A stretch of 62,298 nucleotides of DNA, filler included, from Globobulimina sp. (Eukaryota): assembly GCA_003354225.1 (NCBI GenBank). It is 28 parts of 28 records of this genome, joined end to end, with 100 filler letters (N's around TTAATTAATTAA, not from the genome) between each part and the next. Parts side by side here need not be neighbours in the genome. Positions count along the whole stretch, not along the records: positions 22,297 to 24,425 come from PIVH01008772.1; positions 24,526 to 26,654 come from PIVH01008773.1; positions 26,755 to 28,883 come from PIVH01008774.1; positions 28,984 to 31,112 come from PIVH01008775.1; positions 31,213 to 33,341 come from PIVH01008776.1; positions 33,442 to 35,569 come from PIVH01008777.1; positions 35,670 to 37,797 come from PIVH01008778.1; 21 more parts are not named here. One strand, written 5' to 3'. The position numbers and the translations under genes are program-made. This document shows, in pieces, positions 24,143 to 37,897 of this stretch. Below the pieces are notes generated by a model. It did no database searches and was not told the DNA's origin. It saw nothing but the letters and a program-made list of their open reading frames with translations. Each line of letters starts with the position of its first letter. The stretch's first letter is position 1.

Positions 24143-24525
24143 ATCATTAAATTTTTTTGTACTCCGTTGTAGCCGGGATTGTTGCAGAAATTTCCTCTTT
24201 TTTGACAGCGTCAAATCCAATACAATGTCAAACACATTGCTACTGTCGCCCATACACACAGCGCACAAACTGCCCTCAAAATAGTTGAAAGCATAAATCA
24301 GAATGTCAATGTAATCCACCATGTCGCCAGACAGTGAGTCTAGTGTAGTCACCCATCACCCAAACACCCACGCCACGCCACCCAACCACCCCGCGCACCA
24401 CTAAAGTTTGTATAAAATGGTGCATNNNNNNNNNNNNNNNNNNNNNNNNNNNNNNNNNNNNNNNNNNNNTTAATTAATTAANNNNNNNNNNNNNNNNNNN
24501 NNNNNNNNNNNNNNNNNNNNNNNNN

Positions 24526-25218
24526 GGTGTATTTCCCTTGGCAGCGTTCCTCAAAGTTCAGCCTTCCACATTTTCCAATGTGACATGGTTTGCTCAGCCT
24601 TGAAAAAAAAACTCACTTCAAAAATGCAAACAAACAAAAAATATCCAGATATCGCCAGATCGGATAAAGACGTTTTTGCCAGAATATGAGTCCTATTTAA
24701 AGAATGACGAGAAGAATGTGGGGAGATTGTTGAGAACCGAAGTTGGATTTTTATGTGAGATAATAATTTGGGAAATTTTGTATTCCACAAATATTTGTGT
24801 TTGGATGGATACTTCATTGCGCCACTCCGAATTTTTCGAAACTATGTTTAATAGCATTTCAGTAAGATTTCCAATGTATAAAATCGGATTATTAAACGTC
24901 GAATGTGATACGCAAATTGTCTTTGAAAGAGCGAAAAAAAGAGCACATATTACAGGCAGACATGTGCCTGAATCGGATATACAACAATCTATTGACGAAG
25001 TGCCTAAATCTATCGATACGTTGAAGGATTTGGCAGACGTTGTTGTGCATATTGACAATTCATTTGATTCCACGTTCCATAAAACACCAAAGTTGCTACA
25101 GATACAATGGAATGACAGAAATAAAAATGAAAGAAAATCAACTGTCGTCGACAATCCGTCATGGAATTTGTTTTACGATATATGGACAGGAAAATTTTCA
25201 CAAACAAGTAAGTTATAA
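24526..25218 (+). CDS. Zeta-toxin-like P-loop kinase (5' partial, intron about 24555-24648), C-terminal SKL
   Basis: VFPLAAFLK|ISPDRIKTFLPEY, TEVGFLCE, MDTSL, ERAKKRAHITGRHVP and ADVVVHIDN. The Walker A motif is off-contig. Confidence 0.75.
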
Positions 25219-25509
25219 ATTTACTTTTCAGTTTTCAATCACTACATTGCTTATAATGTAGAAAATGTTTATGTTGGGTATATATTTTAAATTTTCTACA
25301 TCGACAAACTCCGAAAATACAAACATCTGACGATGAAACATGAAAAACGTACAGATATCTGACTCTTAATCGTTTCTAAAACGTTTTTAGCGAAGTGATC
25401 CAGTGCAAGGATTACGTGAAAATACGTGATTGTAAATATATAAACACATCATTGTGTGCTAAGCGTCTATGCTTGATGTCATTACATAATATGATAAGAT
25501 CAACGTCCA

Positions 25510-26493
25510 TTACAACTCACCTTTGCCATCATCGCCCCACAACGGAGAGAACCAGCCTTTGACAGTCTCAATTCCATCATTAACTCCATCATAAACTTTA
25601 CCCACAAACGACGTTTCCCCGCCACTCTTTGCCTTCTTCTTTGAGTTCTTTCCAGTACCAGTTTTTTTATCTTTTTTTTTCTTTTTTTTCCTTTTCTTCT
25701 TCTCAATGACATTGCCCTCCTCATCAAATCCAGGCATATCGTCGCCATACATCCCCTGCATTTGCTGCATCATATCATCCATATTCATCATGGACGGATC
25801 ATACATTTGGACGCCAGGCGGCATTGACTCCATTAACTGAACCATTTGCCGCTTTTCTGTGTCAAACAATGGATACCATGGCTCGTTACCCATTTTGGAT
25901 GTTTTCTTAATATCACTTTTCTCTTTTTTGCAATAACTGGGACAAATGTCATTGCTTAACACACTTCTTTTTAATTTGCCTGTTGTTGAATGTTAAAAAT
26001 GTGGATGTAAAGTTATAAAAAAATGTAACTTACCTAAGCTGGACCAAATGTATTCTACTATTTCGATATTATTTTCGTCCAAGATTTCTGAACAAGAATA
26101 TGAAATTGTTTCGCATTCACGCTCACATTCTCCAATTTCATCCTTGTTCTTTGTCATTAATTTTAATTTCAATTTTGGAGGTTGTTTGACTATGTCATAT
26201 TGCGTGATCCAAATGCCTTCGTCTTTGAAGGGATTACAAGTTGCATCGGTCAGGTTGAATAATTCTGCTTCGCTTATTTTCGGGTTCTCTTTGTACGCGA
26301 ATTTGGTTTCACGTATTATTTGTTTGACGCTTTGCTTACAAACTTGACATTGGATGCGAGAGAAATACTTTTTGTACGGTTTGGCACGTTGTTGTTGTCC
26401 ACCCATACCTGGCATGCCCATGCCTGGCATCCCCATTTGTGAGAATGCACTGCCAATCAGGTATGATATGGTGATGATGTGTAACAGTGACAT
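25510..26493 (-). CDS. Saposin-like/Canopy-type ER protein (2 exons, intron 25980-26033)
   Basis: Signal peptide, CQVC..C..CEREC..C..C..C cysteine spacing, a lysine-rich tail and a KDEL-like C-terminus (KGEL). Confidence 0.7.
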
Positions 26494-26754
26494 GATTAAA
26501 GGGAGTTCACTAAATAATTAATGACTGGTCAGTTATCCCACAATCTGCTAAAGTTGTATTGTTTTTTAATATCCTTCCTCTGTGAACCAAATTCCGTTCA
26601 TCATCAAACCCCTGACATCCGCCATATCGCTTTTCCATTTCAATATGAATCAACNNNNNNNNNNNNNNNNNNNNNNNNNNNNNNNNNNNNNNNNNNNNTT
26701 AATTAATTAANNNNNNNNNNNNNNNNNNNNNNNNNNNNNNNNNNNNNNNNNNNN

Positions 26755-28012
26755 GAAAGCAAAAGCAATCAAAAATACATCTGAATCGACCGTGTTTGTA
26801 TCACATATTGATTATAATGATACATGTTTTGCATGTGCAGGGAATGGTTTTGTTAAATTGTATGATATAAATACCGGTGATGTAGATACATATTTTGGAA
26901 CTGGACAGAAGGCAGTAAATGATATTCAATTTGCGAATAAACATCCAGAGATATTATGTACAGCATCAAGTGGGAAAATTGGAATTTATGACACTCGAAC
27001 TAATAACAAAAAAAATTCAAAAAATAAATCAAAAGTCATCTGTTTATTAAGGTCGCCGAATAAATCACCAAATCACAAAAATAGAGATTTATATTCGGTA
27101 ACAATGGATGATCATATTATTGTTGGTTCAGGCAAAAAAGAGATATATTTATGGGATATCAGAATGGTCAGCAACACAGATGTCAGCAACGCAGAGCGTT
27201 ACAAAAGTTTCACATTAAATGACTGTCATTGTGATGACGTTACAAAGGTTTTATTTAATACATTCAATGAGAATGACATTGATAAAAAACTATTTAGTAT
27301 CTCAGAGGATACATTATTGAATGAATATAATTTAGATAACAAAGAGACCGATAATGTATTAGTAAATACATATTCATTGGAGAAAGAATTATGGAATTTT
27401 GGATTTTTTAAACATAGAAACGAATTCGAATTTGTTTATGCTTTGACAAATGATGAGTCATTGATTGTGCAGCAAATAAATAATAATAATAATGACAATA
27501 AGGATGATGATGATGATACTAAACAGAGTCAAAACATTGGAATGAATGGAATCTGTACATTTGAATCGAACGCATTGGATAATATGACATTAATCGATTG
27601 TTTTTTTGATTATAATAGTTATAAAGAATTATGCTTATTATCATGTAAACAGTTAAGTTGATGCATGTATTTTATTTATTTTGTATTTATAATATAATGT
27701 TTTTATGGATGTAGAGGTAAACTGAGATTATCGAGTGTATCTCCGTCGAATGTGACTATTTTATCAGAATCAAATGATGGACATCAGGCAAGGATAAGAT
27801 GCGCTAAATATATTCCTAAAATTGGATGCATTGTAACTGGTGGTGAAGATAATAAAGTTTCAATCTGGAAGTTTGATCCAATCAATATTAAACCACAAAT
27901 ATTACCCAAAAATGAGAACAATAATACTCCAAAACGTGTCACTGGCACTAGATATGGTGCACAACGTGCATCAAACAATTACAATAAAACCAAACATTTT
28001 TCGCCTTATTGA
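26755..28012 (+). CDS. WD40-repeat protein, WDR89-like (5' partial, intron 27652-27714)
   Basis: VKLYD, IYDTR, YLWDIR, HCDDVTKV and GHQARIR..TGGEDNKVSIW. Confidence 0.8.
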
Positions 28013-28100
28013 GGACAGCAGTTTCTTTTTTTTTTTTGAGTTAATTCCACCATTTCAGAAACGTTTTAATTTCATTAAGTCCGACTGAAGTCACAACGAA

Positions 28101-28883
28101 ATGGCAAATGTAAACAATATCCTCCAGTCAGTTACACTAGTTTGTTACTTCTGTTTTAATTATTTATTGTTACATTTGTATTTTGTTTGAAAGAGAGAGT
28201 AAAAATGATGAGATTGTGGCGATTTTAGATGCAGGTGCTCAGTATGGCAAATTAATAGATCGAAGAGTACGCGAATTAAACATAGAATCGGTATTAATAC
28301 CATTCAATACTCCTGCAAACAAATTGAAACAGTATTCAGCCATAATTATATCTGGTGGGCCATCATCTGTTTATGCAGAGGATGCACCAAAATACGATCC
28401 ATTGTTATTCAAACTAAACATACCAATCTTTGCCATTTGTTATGGTTTCCAATTAATGATACACGTATTCGATGGTATAATATCACGTGGTCAGGAAAGG
28501 GAAGATGGTGAATTTGAAATAAATATTGAGAATACAAGTAAATTATTTTCAAACATTAATCAACAGCAAATATCCGTATTATTAACACACGGAGATATTG
28601 TTACTAAAATCCCGCAAAACAATGGGTTTAAAACTATTGCCATCTCTGCAAACGGTATAATTTCTGCCGCTGAAAATAACAAATTAAATATATACGGGGT
28701 GCAATTTCATCCGGAAGTCGATTTAACAGACTATGGCAAACACATATTTTCCAATTTTTTGTATAATATTTGTGGATTAAAAGCAAATTATACATTAAAC
28801 AATAGAATGCAAACTGCGATTCAATATATTCAAAAAACAGTTGGTAAAAATAAAAAAGTATTATGTTTAGTCTCTGGCGGTGT
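28101..28883 (+). CDS. GMPS: GMP synthase, glutamine amidotransferase domain (3' partial; start and first intron tentative)
   Basis: VAILDAGAQYGKLIDRRVREL, IISGGP, ICYGFQ, LTHGD, GVQFHPEV and LVSGG. Confidence 0.95.
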
Positions 28884-28983
28884 NNNNNNNNNNNNNNNNN
28901 NNNNNNNNNNNNNNNNNNNNNNNNNNNTTAATTAATTAANNNNNNNNNNNNNNNNNNNNNNNNNNNNNNNNNNNNNNNNNNNN

Positions 28984-29158
28984 GGTGAGAATTGTTGTTG
29001 TGATGGATACTGCTGTGCAGCATATTGTTGCTGTGGAGAGAATTGTGGTGAATATTGCTGTTGTTGGAAATCCGGTTGCTGTGAGTCTTGTTGCTGCGGT
29101 TGCGGTGGTGGAGGAATATCTTGCTGTTGCAGCATGGTGTAGTGAAGTCTGCAGACAC
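28984..29158 (-). CDS. Gln/Pro-rich N-terminal fragment
   Basis: QQQDIPPPPQPQQQ low-complexity frame running into the contig edge. Confidence 0.4.
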
Positions 29159-29219
29159 TTCAAAACTTTAAGAAATTCAGAGCGAGAACAAAGTGTAGAA
29201 AAAATTAATTCCGTTCATA

Positions 29220-30335
29220 TTATAATTTAGACATTCGTTTTCCTGTCAAATAAGTGTCATATTTCCCAGATAACAATTTTTGAGCAATATCACAATAACT
29301 TCCAACACACTTTCTTAAGTCATCAACCATAACATACTCATTATCCGTATGCGCCACTTTAATTGATCCACATCCAAACAACACTGGAACAACATTTCCT
29401 TTTTGATACTGTACAAAATAAGGAATATCTGTATTAAAACATGCGATGTGTGGATTATACTCCTCACCCAAACTACAATATTGTTGCGGAAACGCTTGAG
29501 ATATTTTCCGATATGTTATCTGTTTCAATGTGTCATGTTTGTTAATAATATTCAACACAGCAGCTTCAATATCTTGTGGCGAAGTTACACAACGAAACAT
29601 CACCACACATTGCGATAATTTTGGTATAATATTGGAAGCAATTCCAGAGGTTAATGTTCCTATATTCACTGTGGTGCGACCAATGCTTTCCGATGCTGGC
29701 CACTTAAAATGAATAATATCATATAATACATCCAATAATATATTGATTGACGACAAGCCTGTTTCTGGATAGCCACTATGTGCTTCTTTCCCTACAGAGC
29801 TTAATTCAAATTTTAAAATTCCTTTTTGTGCTTTGATGGTCCTGGATTCTGTGGGTTCGCCAACAATCAAATATTTTGGGGTCAGATTTAAATCATTTGC
29901 TGCAACCATACCACAATGATCTACTTCCTCACCGACCACATATAACAGACCTATACCTTTTTGACCATCATTTTTCAACTTATTTGCTGCAAATAATTGT
30001 GCTGCAATCAATGATTTGGTGTCGCACGCACCTCTGCCATATAATTTGTTGCCTGACGGTGTGGATACTATTTTGGATGGAATGTATGGTGGTACTGTGT
30101 CGATATGACTGTTGAATAATAACTGTATGTCGGATGCTGATGTACCTTTTGGATATGCCAATATATTGAATCTGTTGTTTTTAACGTGTTGTTGCGTAAC
30201 TGTCCAACCACGTGGTTCTAGCCACGATTTTAATGCAATTGTCATTGGGAATTCATTTCCGGACAATGATTGTACATCGATCAGTCGTTTGGCTGCTGTT
30301 ACTACGTCAGTAACGTTTGCTAGATCTGTTGACAT
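29220..30335 (-). CDS. M20/ArgE-family peptidase or acetylornithine deacetylase-like, C-terminal SKL
   Basis: NSHIDTVPP, YGRGACDTK, VGEE, VGEPT, AHSGYP and AHTDNE metal-binding motifs. Confidence 0.9.
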   Translation of the reverse strand: MSTDLANVTDVVTAAKRLIDVQSLSGNEFPMTIALKSWLEPRGWTVTQQHVKNNRFNILAYPKGTSASDIQLLFNSHIDTVPPYIPSKIVSTPSGNKLYGRGACDTKSLIAAQLFAANKLKNDGQKGIGLLYVVGEEVDHCGMVAANDLNLTPKYLIVGEPTESRTIKAQKGILKFELSSVGKEAHSGYPETGLSSINILLDVLYDIIHFKWPASESIGRTTVNIGTLTSGIASNIIPKLSQCVVMFRCVTSPQDIEAAVLNIINKHDTLKQITYRKISQAFPQQYCSLGEEYNPHIACFNTDIPYFVQYQKGNVVPVLFGCGSIKVAHTDNEYVMVDDLRKCVGSYCDIAQKLLSGKYDTYLTGKRMSKL

Positions 30336-30641
30336 TAAATCACATTAATGAAAAAAAAAAGTTTTTTCTACTTGACGCACCCTTCTATATTTTCGGAAAT
30401 TGTCAAGCTTGATTTCGTGGATCGCTCCAAAACCAATCATTGGATGGATATGTTAATCAATTGGTAGAGTTAACAAATGCAATCATGTATTTCTATTAAC
30501 AAATGCAATTGGTAGAGTTTCCGAGAGTAAAAAAAAAAAATTTGATTGGAAAGTGAGTTTTGAAAATGTGATAATATAATTTAATGATTTAATTTAATTC
30601 AATAAGAAATGATGTCATTTCGAAATCACTCCCATGTCCGC

Positions 30642-31112
30642 TCATGTGAACTCAGATAAATGCCAAAGATTTAATTCCGACTCAGATTGGTTTCTGTTTC
30701 GATATACATCTCTGAGGTAACTAGTATCAACAAACGATGTATTATCTATCTGCTGAAACAAACGACGTATTATGTCCCTATTCCAGTAATGTAATCGTAA
30801 CGATGTTATTAAGTGGCGTTTCTCATCACATGTTATTAAACTGTGTATTCTGGATCTGGTCACACAAAAAGTTGCAACATTATTCATAAGTTGCTTGTGA
30901 ATATTTGCTGGAATTGCAACATATAAACCATTTTCAGATTTGGTTTGATCGAAACAAGAAAGCCAGACACATAAATTCATCCACTTCTCATCCGCCAAAT
31001 TTCTTTCTTGATCCTGCAGTATTCTACCAATTCTTACATAGATTGCATAAATTTGATCAGAATTGAAAGCAAAACCAGATGCTCGAAACAAATAATTTAA
31101 AAAATAGTGTAT
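30642..31112 (-). CDS. Hypothetical protein, C-terminal fragment
   Basis: Open frame near the contig edge; no motif recognised. Confidence 0.45.
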   Translation of the reverse strand: MHYFLNYLFRASGFAFNSDQIYAIYVRIGRILQDQERNLADEKWMNLCVWLSCFDQTKSENGLYVAIPANIHKQLMNNVATFCVTRSRIHSLITCDEKRHLITSLRLHYWNRDIIRRLFQQIDNTSFVDTSYLRDVYRNRNQSESELNLWHLSEFT

Positions 31113-31212
31113 NNNNNNNNNNNNNNNNNNNNNNNNNNNNNNNNNNNNNNNNNNNNTTAATTAATTAANNNNNNNNNNNNNNNNNNNNNNNNNNNNNNNN
31201 NNNNNNNNNNNN

Positions 31213-31882
31213 GATGGTAATTGTCTGTGACAATATTTTTATGCCACGGAGAATCACCAATTTGTTCAAATGCTTCTTCGTTTGCCTCTAATTTTTTGTC
31301 GTAGCATAAATCTTGAATTTTTTCAATTTTGTTTTTTAATTTGTGGAATTCTTTTGGCGCTACTTTTGATGCTGAAATATATGATTTTAAAGCGGGTAAA
31401 TATTTTTTTTCATTTTGTAATGCTTTCGCTTCGCGGACAAGGCGATTGAATTCTTGTTTCCATGTTGGTTTGGCTGGTTTTGATGGTTTGTTGCTTGCAT
31501 TGTCAGCGATTATCATTGGCTTTGGTTTAGGTGTAGGTTCGCGTGGATTTTTGCTGTTTGGTATGGTGTTCGGATTTAGGTTTTCTTGATTAATTTGCAT
31601 TTGAGTTTGTGGTTGTAATTGTTGCGGCGAAATTTGTTTATTTTCCGAATGCAATATATTCGGTGGAGACATTGATTGGAATTCAATCTTATTATTATTT
31701 GCAAATATGTTTGAATGTGGTGGTGGTTGTGATGATTGGATATTGCTGTTATTGTCATTTTGGTTAAATAGATTTGAAGGCAGTGACTGAAAACTGATAT
31801 CACCAAATTTTTCTACTACTGATGGCGACAAACTTTTTTCCGGTTCATATGAATCTGTCGTTACATGTTTGTTTGAATTCAT
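31213..31882 (-). CDS. Hypothetical protein with low-complexity N-terminus and a TPR/MIT-like helix pair (3' partial)
   Basis: FNRLVREAKALQNEKKYLPALKSY pattern. Confidence 0.55.
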
Positions 31883-31967
31883 TTCATTTGCTTAAGGTGT
31901 TGATGTAGTTAATTGAAAGGACATGGTGTATTGCAAACAAAAAAACTGTACAGTTGAGTCTAACACA

Positions 31968-32820
31968 ATGGCAGATGTAGAATATGACTTTGGTGATGTT
32001 GATTTTGAACCGGAAGCGCCAATCGCAAATCCTCGTTTCTGGTTCTTTTACCACGTAGGACTGAAAGGACTGCAAACTGGCTCCATTGCAGGATTAGCAA
32101 CATTTGTATTAAGAATACCTTCATTGATGAAATTATCACAGAAAAACAATGCGAAACGTAACAAATTTAAATTAGGACATAAAATTGCAGCATTTGAAAC
32201 ACCCGTTGGTACGTTGCAAAGATGCATGTTTCACGGCACTATGCATGCCGGATTTATTGGGTGCTTGGTCGCTTCCTATCATTTATCACGTTTAGTACTC
32301 ATATCTCATACAAACACATACAAATATACACTCTCATATGATATATACATATATATATACATCAGATATGTCATTGGATATCGTGGAAGATAGAACCTAC
32401 CGAATATTCAACGCACCATTTCAAAACCAAGTGGATTATTTAGCGATATTGGGTGCCACAGTTGGTTTGCTTTGTGGTCGGTTGGTATTTAGATACAACA
32501 AATCAAACGATCCATTTGTACGGAAATCCAAGTTTCAAAAAGCTGTAATACCAAAACGAAGAATGGAGCAATTAGAACCCGATGCAAGTACTAGTTTCAA
32601 TGCTGAGTTAGAAAAAGATTACGAGAAATTGCATAGACCATCGATATATAAACAAATATTTAGTTTTAGTTGGATGAACCCGGAGTTACGACACATTCTT
32701 TCCTTTGGAGCCATTGGCATTGGCTGCGGAATGACTGCACACTTTATTGTCACAAGAAACGTTGCCCCGGTAAGACTATTATGGGGATATACTTTAAATT
32801 GTGGCACGAAGGGAAATTGA
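31968..32820 (+). CDS. Membrane protein, DUF1757-like (2 exons, intron about 32290-32365)
   Basis: HVGLKGLQTGSIAG and EDRTYRI..FQNQVDYLAILG; an AT-rich intron joins the two ORFs. Confidence 0.55.
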
Positions 32821-33441
32821 TTTATTTTAATTTATTCTCAAATGTATTAACATTGAATGCTATTTTTTCTGTTTGTGACTTGCAATTGAATCATATGACA
32901 CAGTTTTGGTTGAAGGTGTAAGTTGAAAATATTTCCTGTAAATATTTTTCGAATTATACAAAGTTGATTATTTCAACCAACTGCTGTGCTATTTATTAAT
33001 AATTAATATTATTGGGAAACAGTGAAAGTTACGGTTTTGATAATGTCACAGCAACATTTTTTTTAATCCAATGTCGTAAAAGGATCCAAACATTGCAGGA
33101 GACAAAAACTAAAACGGAAAATAATAAGAATTATAAGAATTATAAGATGCTCTGCACCATCTCTTGAAAGGTTTTCACAGAACAAGTAGCAGATCGATGA
33201 TTTAGGTAAACAAACAAAAATATATCTAGATAGGGACTGAATAAAAATAATGGATTGCGTATACGACTATACGTTCAGTAGAGACAGGAATTAGTTCGAA
33301 GCTCCACAACCATTGAATAATAAACATGATTACTTGAAGTTNNNNNNNNNNNNNNNNNNNNNNNNNNNNNNNNNNNNNNNNNNNNTTAATTAATTAANNN
33401 NNNNNNNNNNNNNNNNNNNNNNNNNNNNNNNNNNNNNNNNN

Positions 33442-34772
<1,331 letters not shown>

Positions 34773-35009
34773 TTAAATGAAAGAGTGGCGGCTGATGTAT
34801 TGTAGTATGATAAATGTTGAATGTTTTAGTTTTTCTTTTTTTTTCTCATTGTCGAATTTTGGTGTTTTTGTTTGGCTATCCTTATTATCTTGTATTAAAT
34901 GGTTATAATATGATTTTAAAATACAAAGTTTTCTCACATCAGGCAATTTTCTAGATACTACGCCCTCATCCGATCCCATTATCAAAACTTTGCCAGACGT
35001 TGATTTGTA

Positions 35010-35569
35010 ATGGCAAGCGAAATATCCGTAATTCCGAACGAAAACAAATCGACGAAAATAACAGAAATTGATTGCATATGTGGCGGAAAAATGGAACGAC
35101 TTTCTGTAATTGCAATGTATGGCCAACAAGAACGAATTATTGGATGTGATAAAACATTACCCAATGGGAAAAAATGTGGCAGGTATAAGTTATTTGTCTT
35201 ATTTTAAATAACTTACATATTATATTGTACAGAGAGATGATTGGTAGTCAAGAATTTTTTCATTGTCAAAATCCAGATTCAACAAAAATACATAAGTCCA
35301 ATTCATTTGATTATTGTTTAGTTTGTGCGGGAGTCATATCAAAAGAAGAAATTACACGAACAAAACAAACAACAGTCATACAACAAGCCAGACACATTGC
35401 AAATATCTATGAAAAACAACTAAATGCAGACGATGAGGATGACTTAATTACATTTGCTACATTTCTACAGCACAAAACATTAAATTCTGAAAAGGCATCT
35501 GCTTATTTTAAAAAAGCATTAAATATTATAAATATTAAATTGCATCAAGATGCTAACCAACACATTACC
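35010..35569 (+). CDS. Hypothetical Cys-rich zinc-finger protein (intron about 35183-35232, 3' partial)
   Basis: CICG..GCD..CG|..FFHC..H..FDYCLVC across two ORFs. Confidence 0.5.
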
Positions 35570-35669
35570 NNNNNNNNNNNNNNNNNNNNNNNNNNNNNNN
35601 NNNNNNNNNNNNNTTAATTAATTAANNNNNNNNNNNNNNNNNNNNNNNNNNNNNNNNNNNNNNNNNNNN

Positions 35670-36376
35670 ATAATCCATTGCAATCCTATATTATTGAATG
35701 TGATTTAAGCAATCAATTAGAAACAATTAATGCTTGTAAACGAATCATTGCTTGGTGTAACACTAAAAATTGTAAATTGAATTTATTGATTAATAATGCG
35801 GGTTTTGTAGTCGCTAAAGAAGGGATTGCGCATAAATCAGAGAAAGAGATATTAGAATCCATTGCGAGTTGGAACAAACATATTGCGGTCTTATTAAATG
35901 CACCAATGATATTTACGAAATATTTAGTAAATTTATTGAAGAATGCCTCATTACATCCTGTGCCATATAAGAACGGTTTATACGATGGTTCAATAATAAA
36001 TATATCGTCAATTGCATCATTTAATTTCGTTAAACCGCAAATTGCGCCATATTGTACAGCCAAAGCAGCATTGAATATGTTTACAAAATTAACTGCAAAA
36101 GAATTTTCTGCAAAGTATAAAATACGATGTAATGCCATTAAATTTGGTACTGTTGATACAGAAATAGTATCGAAAGGTGATTTAGCGATTTTAGTGGATA
36201 TGCATCCAATTGGACGAATTGGAAATGTGAATGACACGGATCAAATCATGTTGTTTTTAGCAGATAAAAAAAAATCTGCATTTGTTACAGGTGCTGTTAT
36301 AAATGTTGATGGTGGATATGGGGCTGTTGGATGTACTGGAAATGAATATCGAAATGTAAAACAAAGTAAATTATAA
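35670..36376 (+). CDS. Short-chain dehydrogenase/reductase (5' partial), C-terminal SKL
   Basis: CDLS, LINNAG, IINISS, YCTAK (YxxxK), HPIGRIG and TGAVINVDGG. Confidence 0.92.
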
Positions 36377-36449
36377 AAACATATACCACGCATTTAATGC
36401 TTATCACTTCACACATTACCACTGAATGATTTCAAATAAGATTCACAAC

Positions 36450-36690
36450 TAACTTTTTTGGCTTAGTTTCGTCTCGTTTCATTTCAACGATTAGCAAAGT
36501 TTTTTGGGTTAGCTAGAGTGGTTTTGAACCAAGATTGAAGTCACACTAAATGTAATGAAAACTTTTGAATTCGACAATGTAAACAACGTTTCAATAACGT
36601 TTCGGATTTGCTGTTTTGTTATAGAAACAATGTTGTTTACATTGTCGAATACAAAAGTTTCCATTACATTTAGTGTGACTTCAATCCAAG
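36450..36690. mobile_element. MITE-like composite: arm shared with the 57271 element plus a long imperfect hairpin of about 154 bp
   Basis: Inverted repeat 36533-36598 versus 36618-36686. Upstream TTTTTGGGTTAGCTAGAGTGGTTTTGAACC matches 57326-57355. Confidence 0.7.
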
Positions 36691-36825
36691 TCATTAAATA
36701 AATTTGGGTGCAGTGGAAATTACAAAATGCTGACAAGTCACTTTCGTTAAAAGTACTGCAAAATATGATAAATGTATTTTTTTTGTAGTACGTGTGCTGT
36801 CATCGAATGGAAATAAATATTTGCC

Positions 36826-37704
36826 TCACTCACTGTCATCGAATGGAAATAAAACTTTGACATTATTAACTTTCTGGATAGAATCATTATTTTTAAAATC
36901 AAATTTATTCATTAATGGTGTGTTATTATTTGAAAATGGGGATAAAATTGAATAATTGTTGCGATTATCTTTTCTCATTTGATGCAGAATTGGTGGATTT
37001 GTATCTGAGTTTTCTATACTGGCAAAACTTGCATTTGGTGGATTTGTATCATTTGAATATCTCGAATGTACTTCTCTCATTTTATCAGATGTTGTAAAAT
37101 ATATCGGTTCCTGGCTATCACAATAAACCACGCCGTCACTTATTCGAATCACACAATAATTTTGTGCTTCTGGTTCATTTTCTGTATCTTGAAAATAATA
37201 TATCACTGGATATAAAATACTAAAAGTAAACCTATCGTATCTGAGTCGCAATTCGTTCACATAATTCAACAACACTTTGCACACAAATTCTTTTCTAAAT
37301 TTGTTTGAAACTCCAGCCACCCAAAACCATGCTGCTATGGCGCCAATAATTAAAAATAAAATTGCAATGCTACTGGCAATCAACAAACGGTTCGATTTGG
37401 AGACATTGAAATTGCCAAAAAACCATAAAATCAGTGGAGTGACAAAAAATAAAATAATAGATATTATCATTATATATTTACATATTTTCCATTGGTGTTT
37501 TATTGATGGTATCAACAAATCCCATCTTTCTCCAATTTCGCGTATAATAATATTTTGCCATTCCTTTGCAAACATATTTTTCTTTATTCCGTACCCGGTT
37601 TTGATGGATTTGACCACCGGATCACGAAGACAAATATGCAAATCCAACACTAAATTAGGACTGTTACATGGCACTGGACCGATTTCCTTTGACTCGTACA
37701 GCAT
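36826..37704 (-). CDS. Two-TM membrane protein (ERF4/golgin A7-like topology possible)
   Basis: Two hydrophobic helices followed by a soluble domain. Confidence 0.55.
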   Translation of the reverse strand: MLYESKEIGPVPCNSPNLVLDLHICLRDPVVKSIKTGYGIKKNMFAKEWQNIIIREIGERWDLLIPSIKHQWKICKYIMIISIILFFVTPLILWFFGNFNVSKSNRLLIASSIAILFLIIGAIAAWFWVAGVSNKFRKEFVCKVLLNYVNELRLRYDRFTFSILYPVIYYFQDTENEPEAQNYCVIRISDGVVYCDSQEPIYFTTSDKMREVHSRYSNDTNPPNASFASIENSDTNPPILHQMRKDNRNNYSILSPFSNNNTPLMNKFDFKNNDSIQKVNNVKVLFPFDDSE

Positions 37705-37897
37705 TATTAGATGTAACCTACACTACAAAACTTTAAACATACACTCAACAACATAGCATGTCCACCACTACCGACGTTACTTCAAATGTAAACAATGNNN
37801 NNNNNNNNNNNNNNNNNNNNNNNNNNNNNNNNNNNNNNNNNTTAATTAATTAANNNNNNNNNNNNNNNNNNNNNNNNNNNNNNNNNNNNNNNNNNNN

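Noticed and set aside
23509..24352. ORFs 23509-23892 and 24122-24352
   Set aside because: No recognisable motifs, and they overlap a promoter region and a repeat; not supportable as genes.
35713..36237. Long antisense ORFs (also 24693-25154, 47184-47723, 49049-49342, 17308-17595)
   Set aside because: Shadows of the real genes on the opposite strand, with no motifs of their own.
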